From NCBI GenBank assembly GCA_007123395.1, contig SKLD01000077.1, forward strand, positions 1 through 43,540: a stretch of 43,540 nt of DNA, written 5' to 3'. The translations under genes were made by a program, and so were the position numbers. The notes below the pieces were generated by a model. That model was not told where the DNA came from and ran no database searches. It saw only the letters and a list, made by a program, of their open reading frames with translations. Every line of letters starts with the position of its first letter. The stretch's first letter is position 1. This document shows, in pieces, positions 1-10,703 of the stretch. Origin of the DNA: Opitutales bacterium (GTDB lineage Bacteria > Verrucomicrobiota > Verrucomicrobiia > Opitutales > Oceanipulchritudinaceae).

Positions 1-3307
<3,307 letters not shown>

Positions 3308-3336
3308 TCCAAGCTCCCGACGGCTCACGGTACTCA

Positions 3337-3367
3337 GTCCGGGCTGGGCAGGCGACGGAGCCCGGAC
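3337..3367 (+). terminator. Possible katG transcription-terminating hairpin (9-bp GC-rich stem, 13-nt loop)
   Basis: GTCCGGGCT (3337-3345) is the exact reverse complement of AGCCCGGAC (3359-3367). The hairpin lies 30 nt after the katG stop. It has no clear U-tract, and its 3' arm is also the first bases of repeat unit 1, so the call is weak. Confidence 0.3.
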
Positions 3368-3898
3368 ATGGTCTTCGACATGTCGGTGCTGCGCGCCTCG
3401 GAACCAGTCCGTGTTTGCGGTGGCAGCTCCGGTTCCGGTGCCGGGGACAAGACGGATGCGAAGCGGAGATGGCCGCAGGCAATGTCCCCTCTCCGGCCCG
3501 AAGCCGTTCGGTGACCCCGTAGGAGCACGGACATGGTCTTCGACATGTCGGCGCTGCGCACCTCGGAACCTGTCCGTGTGCGGCTGGAAGGCGACGGAGC
3601 ACGGATACAGTCTTCGACATTTCAGCGCTGCGCGCCTCGGAGCCTGTCCGTGTTTGCGGTGGCAGCTCCGGTTCCGGTGCCGGGGACAGGAATGTCCCCT
3701 CTCCGGCTCGAAGCCGTTCGGTGGCCCCGTAGGAGCACGGACATGGTCTTCGACATGTCGGCGCTGCGCGCCTCGGAGCCTGTCCGTGTTTGCGGTGGCA
3801 GCTCCGGTTCCGGTGCCGGGGACAAAGAAATGTCCCCTCTTCTGCTCGAAGCCGTTCGGCAACGCGTAGGGTATGGCAGGCAAACAACGGAGCACGGA
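3356..3898. repeat. Tandem array of a structured ~136-bp intergenic repeat (about 3.5 copies plus a 10-bp stub)
   Basis: Each unit starts with GGAGCACGGACATGGTCTTCGACATGTCGGCGCTGCGCGCCTCGGAGCCTGTCCGTGTTTGCGGTGGCAGCTCCGGTTCCGGTGCCGGGGACA..AATGTCCCCTCTCCGGCTCGAAGCCGTTCGG. Unit 1 spans 3356-3521 and carries a ~29-bp insertion. Unit 2 spans 3522-3595 and is the 5' half only. Unit 3 spans 3596-3731 and unit 4 spans 3732-3868. A stub GGAGCACGGA sits at 3889-3898. Internal dyads are CACGGACA/TGTCCGTG, GGCGC/GCGCC and GGGGACA/TGTCCCC. Confidence 0.9.
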
Positions 3899-4218
3899 AG
3901 CTCGCCGTGGCGCGACCTGATCTTCGGGTGAGCGCGTTGGCGTTCGGTATGCCGGGGCAGTGAGGACCGGCGGGGCGCGGCGGAAATTGCGCCTGCCCCG
4001 GAGCCGAACAAAGGCCCGCGAAGACGCTTCCGCAACCACGGCGAATTCTATTGACACGCCGCGTGGAACCGTGAATTTCAGCGGCACCGTGTTGTTAAGC
4101 GAATTCGCGAACGGCCCAACTGTCCCGCGGCACACCCCGCCGAGCCGAACGTTCTAACGCGTCGCAACGGGTGTGCGGTCGGGTAGCGGACGGTCGAACC
4201 TAAGTGGTGGGAAGAAAC

Positions 4219-4605
4219 ATGAAATCGAAGTCGTTCCATTCAATCGCCATTTGTGTCCTCTTGATTGTCCTTGTTTGCAGTGCCTGCACAAGGAGGTTGA
4301 ACTACGTGATCGAATACGACTTCGATAGTGAAGTCGCGGATATAATTGCTGAGGAAGCATTTGTGGCCGCCTTGCGCGGGATCGGATTGATTCCGTATCC
4401 GTTTGACGAAGTCGAAGATTACGAATACTCAATCGCGTTCTTTGTGAAACAGTTTGAGGATCCCAACGAATTTTTCACTATGGAATATACAATCTACTAT
4501 CGGGACACATGCTGCAAAAGGTCGGTGTTGAAAGAATCAGGATGTTCGCATTGGCCGGCTGTGGTGACACCGCGCTCTTGTCGCTATGCCTTCGAGAGCC
4601 AATGA
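4219..4605 (+). CDS. Small secreted protein or lipoprotein of unknown function, in a low-GC islet
   Basis: The ORF track gives 4204..4605 with a GTG start. The ATG at 4219 gives MKSKSFHSIAICVLLIVLVCSAC, a signal peptide with a Cys-containing lipobox-like end. The mature part is acidic (EYDFDSEVADIIAEE, DEVEDYEY) and the tail is Cys-rich. GC content is visibly lower than the flanks. I recognise no homolog. Confidence 0.45.
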   Translation: MKSKSFHSIAICVLLIVLVCSACTRRLNYVIEYDFDSEVADIIAEEAFVAALRGIGLIPYPFDEVEDYEYSIAFFVKQFEDPNEFFTMEYTIYYRDTCCKRSVLKESGCSHWPAVVTPRSCRYAFESQ

Positions 4606-4926
4606 TTGGCGTCCAATGAATGGGTTAGCCGTCCCGACTTCGGCGGGGTGCGGAGCAAGCTCTCGCACCTACTTCCGTGCGGCGGGAGTATGGGGGCATC
4701 GTGAGGCAAGCCCAAAGGTCCGGGTCAAAATCGAATCTCCGTGGAAGGTTTGCCCGTAGCGACGGAGCCACGCATCCGTCGACACACTTGTCGTCGGTTG
4801 GGCCGAACAAGATGAAAAATACTGCATAGATGTTGAAGATGAGCAGGGAGACGAAGAGAGAGATGAAGAAGGAGACGGAGAGGGAGCGGAAAATCTTTTT
4901 TGATATTGCGGAGTGAATAGCACGAA

Positions 4927-7737
4927 TTACGGTCTGTGGTCCAGCACCGCTTGGGCGTGGCGGGCGAGCTGGCCGCGGATGTCGTTGGCGTAGATCTCCA
5001 GCGTTTTCCGACCGATGTTCTGGTGGTCGCCGCTGAGATAGAGTCCGCGTGCGAGGGTGATCTCGCGCAGGGCGAGGTTGCGCGTGCGTGTCTCGTTGGG
5101 GTCGGGATCGAGGTTGCGCAGGGCGTCGTCGACGGAGGTCCACGCGTGGCCGCGCACTTCCGGCAGCGAGAGGAGCCGGGCGAGGGCGGCGGCGACATCG
5201 GGCCCGGGGGCGGCGGTCGCTGCGGTGGCCACGGCGCGGCAATGCGAAAAGGCGGCGTCGCCCGCAAGGGCCTCGATTTTGTCCAGAAGCGGACGGCGGA
5301 TGGCCCCGGTTTCGCCCGTGCCGGCAAGGGCGAGGAGGGCGTCGTCGAGTGGGCTGCTACTGCGCCCGAACTGTCCCATACCGGTGTAGTTCCAGCCGTC
5401 GTCCCAGTCGTGCGCTTCAATGCGCTCGGCGAGGTATGCGGCGGGCTGCGGCAGTCCGAGGAAGCCGAGGAGGAGGGCAAGGCGCAGGCGGTCGTCTTCG
5501 TCGTGCGGGGACGTCCAGCGCGCGAGGAGTCCGGGCAGGGCGCGTTCCGCGTTGCCCACGAGAATGGCGCAGGAGAGGAGGTCCGCCGGGCCGTTCGCAA
5601 CAGCTTCGGCGAGGGCGGCGTCCGCGAGGGGAAAGGAATCGTCGTGGCCCGTGACTTCGGGGGCAAGGATACCGCTGTCGACAAGCGCGCGCTGGACGGC
5701 GCGGATATCGACCGCGCGGGGGCTGGTGCCGTCGCGCAGGGCCCGCGCGCAGGCGATCCCGGCGGCGTAACCTTGGTTCTGCACATCGGCCTGCATACGC
5801 ACGACGGGCAGGGCATCCCGGTGCGCCCCCATGCCGAGTCCGGTTGTAAGGACATTGTCGATACCCACGGGGAGCATGCACCGGTAGGGGACGTTGACGC
5901 GGAGCGGCTTTTTGTGGGGCGGGACAATCTGAAAGACGGGATGCACGGTGAATCCGTGCGTATCGAAATTGCTCTCCGCCGTGACGACCGTGTCCGGGAA
6001 GGTGCGGTCGGCGAGAAAGTCGAGCGGCGACAGCTCGACGTCGCTGCGGATTTGGCGGCGTTCGCGGCTGTCGACAAGAGTGGAAATGTCGAACTCGTCG
6101 GCAAACTTCGCGCGGGTGACGGTGAAGGCGTGCGTGACGCCTTCGATGTCGCAATCGTCGATGAAGGCGTGATCGGTGTTACGATAGTCGCGGGCGGGGT
6201 TGCGCGGTGAAAGCCCGGCGCCTTGCACGGCGACGTGGTCCGACCCGATCACGCGGCACGGCGAGCCCGCCGCCGCCGCGATGTCGGCGTTGCCGGTGGC
6301 GTCGATGACGGAGGCGCAGTCGATACGGCCGACGCCGAACGGCGTGGAGACGAGCAGGCTCTCCACATGTCCACCGGATACGCGCGTGCCGAAGGCGAAG
6401 CTACCGAACCACGCCTCGCCGCCCGCCGTGCGGAGTGTGCGCATGAGCCAGTGCGACTTGTCCTCGGGGTTCCACTCGGTGCCCTTTGAGCTGGGCGCGT
6501 CCGGCCCGGAAAAGGCCGTTACCTCGCGGTCGATCTCGGCGGTGAAGCCGACACGGTTGCCGAACCAGTAGCGGGCGATGAGGCCGGCGGTGCCCACGCC
6601 GCCGAGGGCGTGCTGCGTTTCGAGGATGACGGCGCGGACACCCGCGCGCGCCGCTGCGATCCCCGCCGATGCGCCGCCCGTGCCCCCGCCGGCGACGGCA
6701 ACATCCACGGCGGCGATGCAAGGCAGTTCCGGAAACTCAACCTCGATCCATCCCAGGCAGCGCGCCGGGCGGATAAAGGTGGGCGCGAAGGACGCGAGCG
6801 CGTCGGTGGAGCCGCCGGGGGAAAACGCATCGGAGGACTCCATGGGATCAGCGCCTGCCGCCAGCTCGACAGCCGACTCAGCGCAACGGCGTCCGGCAAG
6901 GACATGCGCGGCAGCATCGGGGATTTCGCCTGTCGGCGCATCCGTGCGGCAACGGATGATGCCGGTCGGAGCCGCCGGTTCTTCTTTCGAGGGGACCGAT
7001 GCGATGGCGTCGGCGGACAACCGTATGCCGGAAAACGCGTTTTCCGCGCGCAAGTGGAAGCCCGCCGCCGCGCGTGCGGCAAGCGGCGTGTCCGGGGCGG
7101 GGCCGTCAAACCGCGCCCGCCATGCCTTGTATTCGGCGGGATCGCCGTCCTTTTTACCCGCAAATCGGTAGTGCATGCCGGTGTCGCACCATGGGCCCGC
7201 CGGTTCCGGTGTCCGCGCGGAGAGAACGGTCCACTCGCAGGGACCGGAGGGCGGGGCAGGGGCCGCGCCGACAGCTTGGGCTGCAAGGGCATGTTCGGTC
7301 GCGTCGATGACAATGCGCGCACGCACGGCGAAGAGGGAAGTGCGCGAGGCAAAGACGAAGCCACGCAGGGTGCCGTCCCGGCCGCGGAGCGGGGCGACCG
7401 GACGGACGTAGTAGAGAAAGGGCACACCGGCGGCGAGAAGGTGTTGCTCAAGGATCCGCTTGACGGCACCGGGCCGGAAGGAACCGTTGTCCGCCGTCGC
7501 ACGGACGGCGGTGAGGAGCGGGTCGTCGCCGGTGAATCCGGAGGAGTCGAGGCGGAGCGCACCCGCCGACTCTACGCCGAAGTAGGAGCGGTCCGACGCG
7601 GCCAAGACGCTCATTCCGCGTGCCGCGCATTCCAGCGCGCAGGCGACGGCACCGGAACCGGCTCCGATGATAAGGACGTCTGTTTCGGCGAAGACGGGAA
7701 CCCGGTGTCGGCCGGGAGGGGAAGCAACGGCATTCAT
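4927..7737 (-). CDS. Large FAD-dependent oxidoreductase with two dinucleotide-binding modules and an alpha-helical (HEAT-like) C-terminal region
   Basis: The first Rossmann motif is DVLIIGAGSGAVACALECAARG (nt ~7648-7677). The second is VDVAVAGGGTGGASAGIAAARAGVRAVILETQ (nt ~6664-6708). The C-terminal ~250 aa are Leu/Ala-rich helical repeats. The ORF track extends to 7821, but that start would overlap the divergent AraC ORF. The ATG at 7737 (MNAVASPPGRH...) sits 19 aa before the first GxGxxG, so I prefer it. Confidence 0.8.
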   Translation of the reverse strand: MNAVASPPGRHRVPVFAETDVLIIGAGSGAVACALECAARGMSVLAASDRSYFGVESAGALRLDSSGFTGDDPLLTAVRATADNGSFRPGAVKRILEQHLLAAGVPFLYYVRPVAPLRGRDGTLRGFVFASRTSLFAVRARIVIDATEHALAAQAVGAAPAPPSGPCEWTVLSARTPEPAGPWCDTGMHYRFAGKKDGDPAEYKAWRARFDGPAPDTPLAARAAAGFHLRAENAFSGIRLSADAIASVPSKEEPAAPTGIIRCRTDAPTGEIPDAAAHVLAGRRCAESAVELAAGADPMESSDAFSPGGSTDALASFAPTFIRPARCLGWIEVEFPELPCIAAVDVAVAGGGTGGASAGIAAARAGVRAVILETQHALGGVGTAGLIARYWFGNRVGFTAEIDREVTAFSGPDAPSSKGTEWNPEDKSHWLMRTLRTAGGEAWFGSFAFGTRVSGGHVESLLVSTPFGVGRIDCASVIDATGNADIAAAAGSPCRVIGSDHVAVQGAGLSPRNPARDYRNTDHAFIDDCDIEGVTHAFTVTRAKFADEFDISTLVDSRERRQIRSDVELSPLDFLADRTFPDTVVTAESNFDTHGFTVHPVFQIVPPHKKPLRVNVPYRCMLPVGIDNVLTTGLGMGAHRDALPVVRMQADVQNQGYAAGIACARALRDGTSPRAVDIRAVQRALVDSGILAPEVTGHDDSFPLADAALAEAVANGPADLLSCAILVGNAERALPGLLARWTSPHDEDDRLRLALLLGFLGLPQPAAYLAERIEAHDWDDGWNYTGMGQFGRSSSPLDDALLALAGTGETGAIRRPLLDKIEALAGDAAFSHCRAVATAATAAPGPDVAAALARLLSLPEVRGHAWTSVDDALRNLDPDPNETRTRNLALREITLARGLYLSGDHQNIGRKTLEIYANDIRGQLARHAQAVLDHRP

Positions 7738-7813
7738 GGCGCGAATCTTCCGCCGCGTGGTGTTCCTTGTAAACCGAACATCCTTGTCGAATCCGGGAAA
7801 ATCCTTGTAGATT

Positions 7814-8710
7814 TTGCGCATGAAAGTTGCGAATCGTGACGCCGAAGGGGCGGCAAGGCTGCGGCGGATGGTCCCGCCGATTTCCGTTGAATGCCAAATT
7901 TTAATGGCCTACGAGGGGGAAGTTCCTGGTTTCGCGCGACGGCTCTCAGTGCGCCACCGTCACTGTGTATGGTGGCATATTTTGAGCGGAACCGTCTCTG
8001 TAATGACGGTTGGCGAGGCTGCGCCGGACCGTGTTGTTGCCGAGAAAGGAGCGACCGTTTTCATCGCGCCCGGCGGCCTGCGTGAACACCGTTTTTCCGC
8101 CGGCGCGCGGGTTGTTTCGGTGCATTTCGCGGTCGACGCGGCGGACGGACGCCCGCTCTTCCCGGCCTTGCCGCTGATCGTGTGGCCGCCGGGCGAGGGG
8201 GCGGACGGCGCGGCCCAAGCGGCTCGGCGGCTTGTGCAATGTCTCCGCGCGGCACATGGAGGCAGTCCGGCGGATGCCTTGCGGGCGCAGGCGCAACTGT
8301 ATGGGTTCGCCGCCGCAGTGCTCGATGCCTTGGAGACGACGGGCATCGACCCTGCTGACCGGGCCTCGGCGGATCCGCGCTTGGAGACGGTGTTCGCCGA
8401 CCTTGCCCGCGCACCGCGCGCGGGTCCGCTACCCATTGCCCGCTGGGCGCGCCTCACGGGCCTCGGCCGCTCGCAACTCGACCGCCTTTGCCGCCAATAC
8501 TGCGGGGAGTCTCTGCGGGCGCGCCGTGACGCCATACTCGTGGCACGGCTCGAGCGTGCCCTCGCGGCGGACACACGCGGTATCAAAGCGTTGGCCTACG
8601 AACACGGCTTCATCGACGCCTCGCACCTCACCCGCTGGTTCCGCGCCCAGTCCGGTACAACCCCCGGAGCGTTCCGCCGTTCCGTGACGGAAACCGGATT
8701 CCGGGCGTAG
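7814..8710 (+). CDS. AraC-family transcriptional regulator (cupin-like N-terminus, HTH C-terminus)
   Basis: The C-terminus reads IARWARLTGLGRSQLDRLCRQYCGESLRARRDAILVARLERALAADTRGIKALAYEHGFIDASHLTRWFRAQSGTTPGAFRR, a typical double AraC HTH. The start is uncertain; alternative Met codons lie at 7868 and 7904. It is divergent from the double-FAD gene. Confidence 0.8.
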   Translation: MRMKVANRDAEGAARLRRMVPPISVECQILMAYEGEVPGFARRLSVRHRHCVWWHILSGTVSVMTVGEAAPDRVVAEKGATVFIAPGGLREHRFSAGARVVSVHFAVDAADGRPLFPALPLIVWPPGEGADGAAQAARRLVQCLRAAHGGSPADALRAQAQLYGFAAAVLDALETTGIDPADRASADPRLETVFADLARAPRAGPLPIARWARLTGLGRSQLDRLCRQYCGESLRARRDAILVARLERALAADTRGIKALAYEHGFIDASHLTRWFRAQSGTTPGAFRRSVTETGFRA

Positions 8711-8983
8711 CCGGTGGGCCCCAGTTGTCGATGCCGCTTGAGATCGGGCGATGAATCAGGCCGACTTTGGGCGGTCGTTTCTGCGTAGTCGCGCCGCTCA
8801 ACCCCGCCGTCCGTGGCGGCGGGAGCGTGGCGGATTGCCGGGCGCGTCCGGCGTCAGTGCGGGGCGGCGGGCGGCCGGTGGGGGGCGGCCGCATCGGCGG
8901 CGCTCGCTGAAACTTCACGCTACGTGCGGGCGCGCGCTGCGCAGGCTGACGCTGAAGCGAGGCACAGCGGCTGGGCCCGCTCG

Positions 8984-10558
8984 TCAAATATCTTCCGGCT
9001 CGTCCGTTTCGTCCGTCTCGGGCGGGGCGGGGTCGGCGGGGATTTGGCGGGTGCCGTCGGGGCGGTGGGCGGCAAGGCGGCGGGGCTCGGGTTTGCCGGG
9101 TTCGGCGCCGGGGTGGATGGCCTCGCGGAAGTAGACGAGTTCGGCCCATTCGATGCGGTGCTCGCGCGGGGCGCGGGTGTTCCAGCGGTCGACCATGTAG
9201 GCGAGGAACGGTTCGCGCAGGGAGCGGTAGCGGGGGCGGCGGAGATTGCCGAGCCACTTGCCCCAGCGCCGGTCGGGGAGGCGGTCGGTGAAGAGTTCGG
9301 GGCGGGCGAGGCGGAAGGGTTCGGCGGGGTGGAAGAGGTCGATAGAGTCGCCGTTGACCTTTTGCGCTTCGATGACGAACCAGCCCCCGGCGCGCGGCGG
9401 GTTGGGCGCGAACATACCCCATTTTTGCCGGAGTTTGAGGGCGTAGAGGGTGGACTCAAAGGACTTCGGATAGGACTGGCGCAGGAAGGAGTCGGGGAGA
9501 CCGCGCACGTTCCAGCCCGCGACGAGGACCAGTAGGGCGAGAGAAACGCAGCCGGCCGCCGTGCCGACCGGGCGCACGCTCCCGCCGCGCAGCGGGAGGG
9601 TGGCGACGGCGGCGGCGAGGGCTTCGCCGCCCCGGCGCAGCGCGGCGGCGAAGCGGAAGCGCGCGAAAAAGTCCCAGAAGGCCGTCGGCAGGAGGGCGAT
9701 CCAAGCCGCGACGCAGACGTGCGGAAAAAGGGCGAGGTCGAGCGTCCAGCCAAGCGAGATGTGGAAGGTGACGAAGCCTGCGACGGCGGCGAGGCGTGTG
9801 ACGGTGTTCCACCACGGCATGAGGAGGAGCACGACGCCGACCCACTCCCAATGAAAGGTGGCCCGCGTGAGGAGGGGATGGAGCCAGTCGAACTGCTGCA
9901 TCCAAAGACCGCCCGAGCGGATGAGCCCGATATTGTGGAGGACGTAGCCGACGGCCTCGCCGTTGCGCCAGAGCTCGCCCGACTTGAGGGTGAGCGTGAA
10001 GGCGTAGACGAGGCAGATCTGCAGGATAAAGACGGCGCCGGGCAGCGCGTGGTAGCGGTGTGCGGTGGTCGCGGTGCTCGTCCCGCCTGTCGCTTCCCGG
10101 AGTTGGGCGCGGGCTCGCCGCGCGAGGGCGGCGTCGACGGACCACCGGGCGTTGAGGGGTAGAAAGACGGCCCAGAAGGCGAGGACGGCGAAGAGGGTGT
10201 CGCCGCCGTTGAGGACGAGCGGGTTGCGGTGTTGCAGGGAGACGAGCATCGCCCAGCAGACCACCGCCATGAGGCGGGTGCGGTAGCCGAGCACCAGCCC
10301 GAGCGCGGCGGCGGCGTGCAACCCGAAGAGCATCCGCACCTGCGCGGGGTCGCCGACCATCATGTAGACGGACAGTGACCACGGCCGGTTGAACAGGCGC
10401 AGGTGGTCGGCGCGGGTGAGTGCGCCGGCGTCGGAGAGAAACAGTTCCACAAACGGAAACCGCATCCCGAGGTCAAGGAGCATCAAGGCACCGAGGAGGA
10501 TCCGGAAGAAAGCGACAGAGCGCAAATCAAGAGCAAAAGGAGATTCGGCTTTGGGCAT
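8984..10558 (-). CDS. HTTM-domain membrane protein (vitamin K-dependent gamma-carboxylase-like)
   Basis: The N-terminus reads DLRSVAFFRILLGALMLLDLGMRF ... LFGLHAAAALGLVLGYRTRLMAVVCWAMLVSLQHRNPLVLNGGDTLF, a typical HTTM opening. There are multiple TM segments. The C-terminal soluble part contains the WGMFAPNPPRAGGW motif common in this family. Confidence 0.8.
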   Translation of the reverse strand: MPKAESPFALDLRSVAFFRILLGALMLLDLGMRFPFVELFLSDAGALTRADHLRLFNRPWSLSVYMMVGDPAQVRMLFGLHAAAALGLVLGYRTRLMAVVCWAMLVSLQHRNPLVLNGGDTLFAVLAFWAVFLPLNARWSVDAALARRARAQLREATGGTSTATTAHRYHALPGAVFILQICLVYAFTLTLKSGELWRNGEAVGYVLHNIGLIRSGGLWMQQFDWLHPLLTRATFHWEWVGVVLLLMPWWNTVTRLAAVAGFVTFHISLGWTLDLALFPHVCVAAWIALLPTAFWDFFARFRFAAALRRGGEALAAAVATLPLRGGSVRPVGTAAGCVSLALLVLVAGWNVRGLPDSFLRQSYPKSFESTLYALKLRQKWGMFAPNPPRAGGWFVIEAQKVNGDSIDLFHPAEPFRLARPELFTDRLPDRRWGKWLGNLRRPRYRSLREPFLAYMVDRWNTRAPREHRIEWAELVYFREAIHPGAEPGKPEPRRLAAHRPDGTRQIPADPAPPETDETDEPEDI

Positions 10559-10703
10559 GGAGCGTTGCCGTTTTGCAGGGGAAGGAAGCGGATTTCCGGA
10601 GCTGCGGCAAGCCTTGTGCGGGTGAATGCGGTTCTTGGCGAAACCATGCCGATTTGCGTTGCTTTCCCGACTGGAAACATCATGAATTCAGCTTATAGCT
10701 GCT
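10559..10703. promoter_or_regulatory. Shared divergent promoter region of the HTTM gene and the haloperoxidase-like gene
   Basis: This is a 145-bp non-coding gap between two divergent start codons (10558 minus, 10704 plus), and it is locally AT-richer near 10670-10703. No consensus promoter boxes could be assigned with confidence. Confidence 0.3.

Noticed and set aside
3356-3898. Whether the repeat array is a CRISPR
   Set aside because: The units are ~136 bp and directly abut each other with no unique spacers. No cas genes are nearby, and the repeat length and organisation do not fit CRISPR.
4625-5242. 205-aa minus-strand ORF with a TM-like segment (FRSLSVSFFISLFVSLLIFNIYAVFFILFG) just downstream of the double-FAD gene
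   Set aside because: The hydrophobic stretch is the translation of a CT-rich low-complexity tract. No ATG, GTG or TTG start lies between the FAD gene stop and the segment, and the upstream part of the ORF overlaps the FAD gene in another frame.
4936-7839. Long plus-strand ORFs (4936..6210, 6610..7839 and others) and the alternative-frame minus ORFs 4725..6104 and 6519..7562
   Set aside because: All overlap the 964-aa FAD protein frame, which alone shows Rossmann motifs and balanced composition. The others are Arg/Pro/Ser/Gly-rich.
8628-10382. Minus and plus ORFs overlapping the HTTM gene (8628..9422, 8920..9753, 9456..10382, 8813..9535)
   Set aside because: They have Pro/Arg-rich low-complexity translations, while the HTTM frame has clear TM periodicity and family motifs.
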